DNA of 64,000 nt, from assembly GCA_029953675.1 (NCBI GenBank), contig JAMWBK010000001.1, positions 2,542,001 through 2,606,000 on the forward strand. The letters run 5' to 3'. A program made the translations under genes and the position numbers. This DNA comes from Rhodosorus marinus CCMP1338 (lineage: Eukaryota > Plantae > Rhodophyta). Shown here one piece after another: positions 1 through 9,097 of this stretch (position 1 is its first letter; every line of letters begins with the position of its first letter). The notes under the pieces are model-generated. The model saw nothing but the letters and a program-made list of their open reading frames with translations. It ran no database searches and was not told the origin of the DNA.

Positions 1-540
1 GGTAGGGCATACGGTTGAGGTGGAATCGGAGCTACCCAGATCGGTCTCGGATAGGGCACCGCCCCGCTGTATCGCAGATCTCCTCGTCTCCGATGCTGCC
101 GCCAGACGCTCAGCATATGTTGACCTCGCGATGAATTGCCCTGTGGCAAGCGCCCATCTCACGGCTGCCGCCCGTCGCCGGGGAGCAGCTGCTTCGGCCC
201 TTCGCCGCGTGAAGGAACGACGGTGTGCTGAGAGTATGGCCAGCCTGCCTCGCGCTGCGGGTCGCTCCCACCGGTTCCAACCTCTCATTATGGAAAGCTT
301 TGGTCACGTGGAAAAGTCGGGTTTGGAGTGATTGCGGAAATGTTTCACTGAGCATCCTGTTGAATACTTGGAACTTTTGTGGCGCTTAAGTGTCTCTTTG
401 TGGCGATATTCGAGCAGCATGCTTGCCGAGGCGCGCCATCGTTGCCTGGGTTTGCACGCTTCCCTCCCTAGTTCTTAGTTCCTTTTAATGGTTTGCGCAG
501 CGCTGTAGGCTATGCTAATAAAGCCAGTAAAAACCTAGTA
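1..540 (+). mobile_element. 3' fragment of CRE-like non-LTR retrotransposon family B (RLE C-terminus, 3' UTR, tail)
   Basis: ORF 20-331 has RCIADLLVSD..YVDLA (RLE PD..D motif), VKERR and FQPLIMESFG. It is interrupted by a TGA at 329-331, then followed by the stem-loop at 495-515 and an AATAAAGCC-type tail. It matches the copies at 19,000-22,700. Confidence 0.9.
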
Positions 541-1160
541 GGAAAGCTTTGGTCACGTGGAGAAGTCGGGTTTGGTGTGGTTGCGGAAATGTTTTACTGA
601 GCGACCTGTTGCATACGGTTGAGGTGGAATCGGAACTACCCAGATCGGTCTCGGAAAGGGCACCGCCCCGTTGTATCGCAGATCTCCTCGTCTCCGATGC
701 TGCCGCCAGACGCTCAGCATATGTTGACCTCGCGATCACATACCCTGTGGCAAGCGCCCATCTCACGGCTGAAGCCCGCCGCCGGGGAACAGCGGCCTCG
801 GCCCTTCGCCGCGTGAAGGAACGACGGTATGCTGAGAGTATGGACAGTATGCCTCGTGCTGAGGGTCGTTCCCACCGGTTCCAGCCTTCATTGTGGAAGG
901 CTTTGGTCACGTGGAGAAGTCGGGTTTGAAGTGGTTGCGGAAATGTTTCACTGAGCATCCTGTTGAATACTTGGAACTCTTGCGGCGCTTAAGTGTCTCT
1001 CTGTGGCGATATTCGAGCAGCATGCTTGCCGAGGCGCGCCATCGGCGCCTGGGTTTGCACGCTTCCCTACCTAGTTCTTAGCTCCTTTTAACGGTTTGCG
1101 TAGCGCTGTAGGCTATGTTAATAAAGCCTAGTAAAGCCAGTAAAAACCAGTAAATCCATC
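541..1160 (+). mobile_element. Two further family B 3' fragments (541-610 and 611-1160) joined head-to-tail
   Basis: Repeats the sequence of 1-540 and ends LGLHASLPSS*. Stem-loop at 1098-1118, then tail TTAATAAAGCCTAGTAAAGCCAGTAAAAACCAGTAAA. Confidence 0.88.
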
Positions 1161-1552
1161 CATTGCTGAGGAGCTACTACTACTACTAGTAGTGTGGTCT
1201 CTTTAGTGGTAGTGGCTGAGTGTGCTTCAGTAAGTAGTTTACAAATAGCCCGTACAGCCTTGGCTGGCCTTGGCTGCTTGGGATAGCTGGAAGGAAAGGG
1301 AGGACCGAATTTGCGAGTGGAGGTGGTGCACGCGCAACGACTGCAAAGATTTTACCGCGCCGCAAAGTGACAAATAGAAGTTATTTTTATTGCCAACAGT
1401 GTGTTGAAAACTAGAGAGCACGCAGACGCAGTGTCCCTGCCCGCTCGGCGGTTTTGAATCAGTGGTACCATGCAGCAAACAAAGTCTTCCGTTTAGCGCT
1501 GACTGAGTTCATGCGCGTAAGCTTTGCACAAAAACTGAAAAAATCGAAGGGA

Positions 1553-4500
1553 TCAGCAAGTGGCGCCATCCACAGAAACAATCCTGACATCGGTTGGGCA
1601 GCTGCTGGATTCTGCACGTGAGATAGATTTGACGGCGGAATCCTGGACAATATGGTTGAAACTTGCAACAGCAGCCACGCGGGTAAAGCTAATAACGACA
1701 TCGTCTGAGTGTTCCCAAAACAGTTTCTTTGGTTGATCGTGCCAGGTCCATGCAAGCTCGATCCTGCTTGGTAGTCGCGCGCCGGTAGTTTTCGCTTCAA
1801 ATTGAAACTCGCAGACCTTGGTTGCACTTCCGTCCCTTCTTCTGTGGTTCTCGATGATCTTCGTTGATATGCCATATGATTCACACGGCGCGGGGCTCTT
1901 TCTTGTTGCACGTTCTTGTCGGGATGCCCTTTTGGAGCTCTTTATCGTTGTCGCCGTTGCTTCTCTCGCTTCTCCACGAGAGCTGCATAGCATCGGGTGT
2001 GCAGTATCCAGGACTCGGTCCAAGGCTCCCAGAACGTACTCTCCGGTGAAGTATACTCTCACGTTTGATACATCCGAGGTGCTCGAGATCTGCGTTTCCA
2101 GCTCGTAGTTGCTGAAGGGACTCACGCGAATCGTGTTGTCCGATGAAAATTCCGCTTTCTGTGAGATGCGAGGCCCCCTCATCCACTCCTTGATCGTCTC
2201 CTCATCATCTTCCGGTGCCTCTCCGAAGTAGATAAATCGGCGCTTGAGATTTGCATGTGTAAACTTCCTCGTCAGGAATGGAAAGTCCTCGTCATCTGTT
2301 TCCATGACCCGCATCACCCCGGAGTCGCTCAAGAGCGTGATGTCGATTGTCGGCGAAATTTCTTCGTCGACACCGTCAAAGACCACATAGATTTCATCGA
2401 CGCTGGCGAGCGGGAACATCAGAGGGTTGTTCGCAGGTGCTGGACGCATATTGAAAGCGGGCTCAGTAGGGTCCACGCAAAAGTTGATGATTCCGGTCTC
2501 CAAAAAGCTGTTCCAGTTTTCCTTTCCCACCGTCGCCTCGTTCAGGTTAACGGGACCCCAGTAAGATGCGTACTTTAGGGAAAGATGATCCGTGAATACG
2601 TTAGCATACCACGACTGGAGGTCCTGCTCGAGCGAGAGAATCGAAGACGCTGCACACTTGAAGAAAAGCTTGCTGTCCAGGTCGATGATGCTCGCTTCCC
2701 ACACACAGTTGGATAGCGCGACCTTGTCCCCCGGCGATGGTAGCCCCATCATGAGGTAGTCCCTAGCGGCGACCACGTTAAATATGTCCCGGTTGAAATC
2801 TTGGACGATCATTTTATAGGTCGCTTCCTGCGCGTTGACGACGGCAGGTGCGGCTGGGTTGACCAAGCCCTCCTGTAGGCCACGTTGCGTCTCAGCCACG
2901 ACGTTTTGAAGATACATCTTGGTCGCAGTGACTTTCTGTAGCAGTTTCATATACGCAGAATACACGTTCAATACGTTAGTGCGCTGGTCAACCCACATCT
3001 GCATGTTGTCAAAACTGGTCAACAACTCCGTCGCCTCCGAGTAACAGTGCTGCTTCATATATTGGACGTAGTTATCAAGTTCCTGTCGATTCAAGTTGAT
3101 CTTAGCGGACTGTAGATCCTGGTCAAGGACACCTATTTTCTCAGCAATATCAACCGCCTCGTCGTACTCGGCGGCGTTGTACAGGTTGAGCAGGGGATCC
3201 GACAGCTGTCCCTGATAATTGGACAATGACGGGAGGTCGCCCGAGACGATGGCCGCGCTAGGATCGAAGTCGGCCCAAGGGTCACCATCACCTGCAGCGG
3301 GAATGTATTGCGTAAAGCTATCGGCCCAACCGGGAATTTTCTCGAACGGAACATCGCTGATGGCTTTTACACCTTCAAAAAAGGTCTGCACTGCAGTCGA
3401 TGCTTCAGGGATCGAGGTAATCGCGTTGACAGCCTTCACAGAACCGAAAAATCCATCCACTACGTTGAGCGCCAAGCCTACAAGCTGCATAATCCTCTGG
3501 AACCTCATTCGCTTTTGCACGTTTGCCCAACATTGGTCGATGCTCGCCTGGTTGTCTTCCATCTCCTGGCGGTACTTCTCTATTTTCGCAGCTGTGTCAA
3601 ACAGGGTTTGGTTCATCAGGAGCAACGAGCCGTAGATGTCTTCTTGTTTTGCTATCTGTGCTTTTATGCCAGTGTTTGCCTCCTCGGTTGCATTGGCCAA
3701 TAGTTGAGCAGAAAGCTCCGCATCTAGAACGCTGTTCCGAAAGGCGTCATAGTACTCTTCAATGGACTCTCCTAGCCGGCGCTTGTTCTCGAGATTTTCT
3801 AGAAGCAGTTGGAAAGAAAGCACGCTGACGTCCCCGAGAGGTTGTCCGGACGGGGAAGACATCTGGTTCGCGGTTTGAAAGATGTTCGATGCTTGGCTCA
3901 GGTACGTGAGGAATTTGTTCTTCTCTGCATCGTCTGTCGCGTTGTCGTGCCACACCTGTGCGTTGGCCATGATTTCCGCGACGAACGAGAGGATCAAGTT
4001 GTAAGCGACTTGATTCTGGTCGTTATCTTCGTTGAACATCATCATATCGAGCATCATCTTGATCTGCTGCAACCCAAAGTCCAAGTACTCTGCTGGTTTG
4101 GGATGGGTGAGATAGGCCCAATCCTGTGGATTATCCCCGACGTTATCATCATGAGGATCTACTTGAGCACCTGAAGTCAAACGGACAAACTCTCCCGGCA
4201 GCTCATCCGCGGGAATTCCATCGCTACCGTTGGCACCGGCCGCTCCAGTTGCGCCTTGGCGGTTAAATACCGGAAAGGTTATAGGGGTTTGTGTCCTCCA
4301 CGACCAAGTTTTCCGGTTCAAAACTATAAGCAAGTCTTGATAGACAACGCAGTTTGGCTGGTACGGCCCACTGCCACCGGCTCCACCTTGAGCACCGCGT
4401 CCCACATTCCCGTTGACCGACTCGAACGAGAGTAGTTCCCTGGCCTGTTCCTCAGAAAGAGTGTTATCTCCACTGCCACTCACCGAATTGGAATACATTC

Positions 4501-5377
4501 TTACTCTTCCAGCTCTACCAGCATCTCCGCCTCTTCCTCCAGCTCCTCCTGCTCCCCCGTTAGCTGGCGCCCCAGCCGCATGCAATGAGCAAAGTTGCAC
4601 CCAAAAGTTTGGTGCATTTGATGGTGGCTTTGGACATTTATTACACCACGCCTTGCCGCAGTTGTCTTTACTCGAGCTCATCCCCAGGTCGCATTTTTCT
4701 CCTTCAGATCCTTTTCCCCCGTCCCCACCATCGCCACCATTTACTCCATCAACGCCATCGCCACCGCTTGCGAGGATCCTCATCTGATATCCGTTTTCGT
4801 GTAAACTCGTGAGATTCAGATGCTTGGCGACCATGGTAAAGTGTCCTGCGTCGTGTCCGTTTTCACCATCCTGTCCCGGAATTCCCATACCCCCAGCGAT
4901 TCCTCTGCTCCCCCCCGCGGGCCGTTGTGCGGGAGTGGGAGGCTTCGCGGGGATGGGTTGAACCGCCTGCGTGTTGTCCGTTCCGTTGAGGTTAAGTGTA
5001 AAGTCGCCGTCAGATCGAATCTCGATGTAGTTCGCGATGATGGTTAAGTTTGAGCCACGCATCGAGGCTTCAACTCCGGCGCTGCCCTTAATCAGGACAT
5101 AGTAGGCGTACAACACGAACTCTCCTTCTTCTCCAATCAGATCTGTTGTCGGAGTGGACGACGACGTGAAATCCAGCGTGTAGAAAAAAGGCGCATAGAT
5201 TGTGAATTGGTTGGCCCTATCACCGCTCGCAAACCCCGACCTGATATCTAGAGACATCAAGCACATGTTATCTGACAAACCCCATCCATCGCACAGCTCA
5301 TTAACGGCAGCCTCACGTGCTCCGACAAAGGCACCCAGGCCCACGGCCAGCAGAAGAATAATCCGCATTCTCTCCAT
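1553..5377 (-). CDS. Intronless secreted ~1274-aa protein with glycine-rich repeats, long coiled coil, hydrophobic hairpin and C-terminal beta domain; putative alpha-pore-forming-toxin-like
   Basis: Uninterrupted 1353-codon ORF. The likely start is MERMRIILLLAVGLGAFVGA at 5377, a signal-peptide pattern. It carries GxxGxxG runs, a heptad-rich helical region, the LVGLALNVVDGFFGSVKAV segment and C-terminal VSPFSNYEL..DVSNVRVYFTG. The ORF is well supported; the function is inferred. Confidence 0.75.
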   Translation of the reverse strand: MERMRIILLLAVGLGAFVGAREAAVNELCDGWGLSDNMCLMSLDIRSGFASGDRANQFTIYAPFFYTLDFTSSSTPTTDLIGEEGEFVLYAYYVLIKGSAGVEASMRGSNLTIIANYIEIRSDGDFTLNLNGTDNTQAVQPIPAKPPTPAQRPAGGSRGIAGGMGIPGQDGENGHDAGHFTMVAKHLNLTSLHENGYQMRILASGGDGVDGVNGGDGGDGGKGSEGEKCDLGMSSSKDNCGKAWCNKCPKPPSNAPNFWVQLCSLHAAGAPANGGAGGAGGRGGDAGRAGRVRMYSNSVSGSGDNTLSEEQARELLSFESVNGNVGRGAQGGAGGSGPYQPNCVVYQDLLIVLNRKTWSWRTQTPITFPVFNRQGATGAAGANGSDGIPADELPGEFVRLTSGAQVDPHDDNVGDNPQDWAYLTHPKPAEYLDFGLQQIKMMLDMMMFNEDNDQNQVAYNLILSFVAEIMANAQVWHDNATDDAEKNKFLTYLSQASNIFQTANQMSSPSGQPLGDVSVLSFQLLLENLENKRRLGESIEEYYDAFRNSVLDAELSAQLLANATEEANTGIKAQIAKQEDIYGSLLLMNQTLFDTAAKIEKYRQEMEDNQASIDQCWANVQKRMRFQRIMQLVGLALNVVDGFFGSVKAVNAITSIPEASTAVQTFFEGVKAISDVPFEKIPGWADSFTQYIPAAGDGDPWADFDPSAAIVSGDLPSLSNYQGQLSDPLLNLYNAAEYDEAVDIAEKIGVLDQDLQSAKINLNRQELDNYVQYMKQHCYSEATELLTSFDNMQMWVDQRTNVLNVYSAYMKLLQKVTATKMYLQNVVAETQRGLQEGLVNPAAPAVVNAQEATYKMIVQDFNRDIFNVVAARDYLMMGLPSPGDKVALSNCVWEASIIDLDSKLFFKCAASSILSLEQDLQSWYANVFTDHLSLKYASYWGPVNLNEATVGKENWNSFLETGIINFCVDPTEPAFNMRPAPANNPLMFPLASVDEIYVVFDGVDEEISPTIDITLLSDSGVMRVMETDDEDFPFLTRKFTHANLKRRFIYFGEAPEDDEETIKEWMRGPRISQKAEFSSDNTIRVSPFSNYELETQISSTSDVSNVRVYFTGEYVLGALDRVLDTAHPMLCSSRGEAREATATTIKSSKRASRQERATRKSPAPCESYGISTKIIENHRRRDGSATKVCEFQFEAKTTGARLPSRIELAWTWHDQPKKLFWEHSDDVVISFTRVAAVASFNHIVQDSAVKSISRAESSSCPTDVRIVSVDGATC

Positions 5378-5879
5378 TTGCAAGGTCTTTCTTCCTCTTG
5401 ACGTTGGTTTTATTAACTGCTTGTTGTTAACTGTATTCTCATGCCCAAAGTGTTCACCTCTCGCTGCCATGGTGTGCGGTCCGTTAAATAGACTTGCAGC
5501 CTCAATTCCCTTTGCATAAAATGCAGAGTCCTGTGTGGTGCTTGTGAATGTGATTGGGAGGTCAGGCGCGCTTTCCGCGCTACTGGAGCACAGAACATCC
5601 ATCCATCCACCCATTCACGATGTTGCTCGTGTTGACAGCGGCTGCAAATTCTGAACCGATGTGCTTTGCTAAAGTCTATACTTGGCATTCGGCCTGCATC
5701 TTGACTGCTTGTGAGTAAAATTGGAGGCTGTCTTGGCAACCGATAAGCTATGGCGGAACGGACTCGCCACATCTTCATCTCTGGGGTCGCCGACTAAAGG
5801 CTACACGTTTATTTCAGTCTCGGGGTACCCCGTAGCCCCCCTTCTCCAGTTACATTCCGCAGCGAACCACAACACCCCA

Positions 5880-6315
5880 GAAACACACCCCGAAACTGGC
5901 CAATTGCTCGCACCAGCGACTTCAATGAATTTTAGTTTGCACATCGTTCATTCTCATTTTTACAATACCCACAGCTCCCAACCTCAGTTTGTCAGACTTG
6001 CCAAGTTTGCTTCCGGGGTTAAGTCATTCATCAGTTTATCAGAGCCTAACTACCCTGAGAAGCGAGAAACAAGACGTTAAGTCCGTGTCGGGTTAGCCCT
6101 GACGAACACTGGTACACTTGCCAATTGCTCACAACAGCGATTTCAATGAACAGTAGTTACACACCTCGTTCATTCAGTTTACAGTACTCCAGAGCGCCTC
6201 ACCTCGGTTTGTCAGGCTTGCCAAGTGTACGCTTCTCGTGTTAACTCAGTGCCGGGTTACCCCTGACGGACACTAGCACTGCCAACTGCTCGTAACAGCG
6301 ATTTCAATGAACAGC
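5880..6315. repeat. Three diverged tandem copies of a ~160-220-bp unit
   Basis: Core GCCAA(T/C)TGCTC..CAGCGA(C/T)TTCAATGAA at ~5899, ~6120 and ~6280. TTTGTCAG(A/G)CTTGCCAAGT is shared by copies 1 and 2. Confidence 0.8.
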
Positions 6316-6663
6316 CTGTAAAACCGCCAACGAACAGTAGATACACGCATTTTGAATTCGGTTTACAGACTCCAACTGGTCCCAACATTAGTAACACCAC
6401 CACAACCACCACCGCCATAGCTCCCAACATCGGTTTGCCGATTTGGATGATGGACAGGGGTGGATCTATTCATTTTTGGAAGTTCCATACGTTCCCCGCC
6501 GCAGCAAAACACATCAGTGTCCGCAGCCACTGAAAACTTGGTTGATGATGCTCGCCTACCAGCCTTTGGCGTCATGAATGAATGACTAGTGTACGAGGGG
6601 TACGAACTCCATCATTTGAACGAGCGCTGCGGTAGGTAGCTGCCGATTAAAGGCTAAGGGGAC

Positions 6664-7244
6664 GGTGGTAGTCCACACCACGGTGTCAGCACCATGGTGC
6701 TCACCCAGGATCTGACGCTGTAAACAGCTGAGCGCGTGGTCTTCTACCCCACTCTGGGGTCTCCTTAGCCTGGGCTCCTTAGCCTAGCCCCTCCTATTTC
6801 CTTTGCGTCTCTCTAGCGCTACATTCGGTAGTTCAATAAACGGAAACAGCTGAGCGCGTCGATCACCGTTTGCAGGGTTGGCTAGTGCGTGAATCTGTCC
6901 GGCAAATGGCAAAGAGCTTGACATACCCAAAATAGAAAGTTCCGTTTAGCCGACAGTGAATTGATTGTGAGTGATTGATTGAGAACGATTATGATTAACG
7001 TATTCTACCAGATGGATTGGCTGGATTTCGATTGGATAAGGCCTATTCTATCGAAGAGAGAAGATCTCTTAAATCCTGTTGGTCATCGTCCGGTTTCTTC
7101 AAAAAATGTGCTTGGCGAAACTTTTTTGGTTTTGATCGTGAGAGATCCCTTTTTGATGTCCACATGTTCTGCCAGGAAAAACAAAAACAAATGTGCTCCT
7201 GGCGACCTGTTTGTGGCGTTGCATAGCCACGCCGAGTAGTGGCT
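6664..7244. repeat. Copy 1 of a ~460-bp non-coding tandem unit (carries a 106-bp insertion)
   Basis: Aligns by eye with 7245-7387 plus 12297-12535. Shared blocks: GGTGTCAGCACC, GGATCTGACGCTGTAAACAGCTGAGCGCGT, CCCAAAATAGAAAGT, TCCGTTTAG, AATCCTGTTGGTCA, TGATGTCCACA, AAATGTGCT. Confidence 0.85.
6738..6843 (+). mobile_element. 106-bp insertion with 16-bp TSD, probably the extreme 3' end of a non-LTR element
   Basis: AAACAGCTGAGCGCGT occurs at 6722-6737 and 6844-6859, and as a single copy at the paralogous empty site 7303-7318. The insert ends in GGTAGTTCAATAAACGG. Confidence 0.8.
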
Positions 7245-7387
7245 AGTGGGAGTCGACACCCCGGTGTCAGCACCACGGTACTCACCGAGGATCTGACGCT
7301 GTAAACAGCTGAGCGCGTCGATCACCGTTTGCGAGGTCGTCTGTCCCGCAAGCTGCAAAGAGTTTGACACCACCCAAAATAGAAAGT

Positions 7388-7546
7388 ACCGGTTCCAGTC
7401 ATTCATTGTGGAAAGCTTTGGTCACGTGGATAAGTCGGGTTTAGAGTGGTTGCGGAAATGTTTTGCTGAGCATCCTACTGAATATTTGGCGCTAGGCGTT
7501 TAAGTGTCTCCCTTTGGCGATATTCCAGCGACAAAAAAAAAAAAAA
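7388..7546 (+). mobile_element. Family B RLE fragment ending in a non-templated A14 tract, fused to the 5' end of element A
   Basis: 7388-7532 matches family B ORF sequence (compare ~21251-21398) with one small deletion. It stops at CCAGCGAC, where B continues ATGCT; A14 follows at 7533-7546. Confidence 0.85.
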
Positions 7547-7798
7547 GAAGCAGTTTTTGGTTTCGTGAGGGTGTATGGTGCTGGCTTTTGGTGGTTTTGA
7601 GTCGCAATTGTGTTCTTCGGTGGGAGGCGCTTCTTTCTGCAGCCTTTCCCCCGCATCTTCTAGTGGTGTGGTGCGTGCTGGGGGTTGCTAGCGCCTCTTG
7701 GAGGTCGTGGTGGTTTTTCTTTGGTTGCAAACGTTGGGAACAAGTTCTCTTTTTGGGGGTTTCGTGGGGGAATCGGTTTTTCACACCTTCCAATCTTT

Positions 7799-9097
7799 AT
7801 GGTTGGGGTTTCCCCACCCATTCCGGCGGACGGAGCCGTTCTCTCAGCGCGCGTGGAGCTCTGCGTGGGCGGGTTTAGTACCGCGGCCACCCTCACGGAC
7901 TGCGCTGACGAGTTAGCCCATGGGATCTGCTCGAAACTGACGAGTCTTCTTGTGACTGCCTCCCAGGAACACCGCCTGCCCCTGCTGATCGCCTATTTGG
8001 AGCGCTTCTCCGCCTCCGCGCCTGCCCCATACCCCCCGGTGCCCGTCCCCGCGGATCCGCACGGTACAGCGGGGCCTGCCTCCACCCGACCCGAGCGCTC
8101 CGCTCCGGTCATTCCTGATTCCGACTGGCCTACCCCTATTCAAGGACAGACGCCTCCTGGGCCCGCGTCGGGCCCGAATCCTGCTCCCTCCAGTGCCCCA
8201 CGTGCGACCTATTCGCAGGTCCTACGCAGGGGCTCTTCTGAACAACGCACGACGGCAATGGTGCGTATGATGCCACAACACATCCCTATTGACTCTTCTC
8301 GCCAACTATCTCCGTTCCACTTTGTTTGGATGACGAACGTGCGTCCCCAGACCCCCTCTCGTGGTCGGGGCCGCGCGCCCGTCCACTACCGCGATTTTCG
8401 CGACACCATGGCTTCCTCCCTTGGGGTCGCCCCGTCTGAATTCCTATATGTGGACTTCACGGGCCCTCATGCCTGTTTTCTTGTTACTGACTCGGCTTAC
8501 CAGTTCCTTCAATCGCTTGTAACCACCCCCGCGCCCCAGCGCTCTGCTCTGGCCAACATGATACTGACTCGTCCTCATGTCTCTTTGTTTGTCGAGTTCG
8601 ATCGTTTTGACGCCGGCTGGGTTCCACCGTCGGCCTTGCAAAACCTGGATGCCTCGCAGGCTTCGGTTGTCGCGCTACACACTCATGCGGCGCGGCTCTC
8701 GCGCATACAGGCCAGCCTCTTCGCGCGTTTTCCTCCTCGCGGGGTCCTCCGCACCGCGCTAGAGGCCTTCCTCTCCACTGAGGCCACCCTGCTGGAAGCC
8801 CACCCTGCGTTTGACCTTCTGCCGCCGACTCTTGAGCACCCTTCCTCCCCTCGCCCTGTCTCCGAGGCTCGTGACACCGACATGGCAGAAGCACCATCGG
8901 CCTCTCCGAATCCGCTGGCTCTGGACACCCTCAGTCAAGACTCCGCTGCTGAAAACCCTGTGTCTACTTTCTTCAGGTCTTTTAGTTCCTTCGTGCGCCC
9001 TCCACGTAAGCGTCGTGCGGCTCCTGAGCCTCCCTCCGAGGCACCTCCTCCGGATATTCGATCTGCCTTCCCGACTGAGGGGAGGCCCGATGTCTGA
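7799..9097 (+). CDS. ORF1 of element A (~432 aa), Pro-rich flanks around an RRM-like core
   Basis: Open frame 7685-9097 with first ATG at 7799. The segment FVWMTNV..YRDFRDTMASSLG..FLYVDF..HACFLV..AYQFLQSL has an RNP2/RNP1-like beta-alpha-beta-beta-alpha pattern. Its stop overlaps the ORF2 start (ATGTCTGA, 9090-9097). Confidence 0.7.
   Translation: MVGVSPPIPADGAVLSARVELCVGGFSTAATLTDCADELAHGICSKLTSLLVTASQEHRLPLLIAYLERFSASAPAPYPPVPVPADPHGTAGPASTRPERSAPVIPDSDWPTPIQGQTPPGPASGPNPAPSSAPRATYSQVLRRGSSEQRTTAMVRMMPQHIPIDSSRQLSPFHFVWMTNVRPQTPSRGRGRAPVHYRDFRDTMASSLGVAPSEFLYVDFTGPHACFLVTDSAYQFLQSLVTTPAPQRSALANMILTRPHVSLFVEFDRFDAGWVPPSALQNLDASQASVVALHTHAARLSRIQASLFARFPPRGVLRTALEAFLSTEATLLEAHPAFDLLPPTLEHPSSPRPVSEARDTDMAEAPSASPNPLALDTLSQDSAAENPVSTFFRSFSSFVRPPRKRRAAPEPPSEAPPPDIRSAFPTEGRPDV

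Noticed and set aside
5378-5614. N-terminal 79-aa extension of the 1353-aa ORF
   Set aside because: The signal-peptide-like segment starts at Met80/Met83, so the upstream in-frame stretch is more likely 5' UTR. It cannot be excluded without transcript data.
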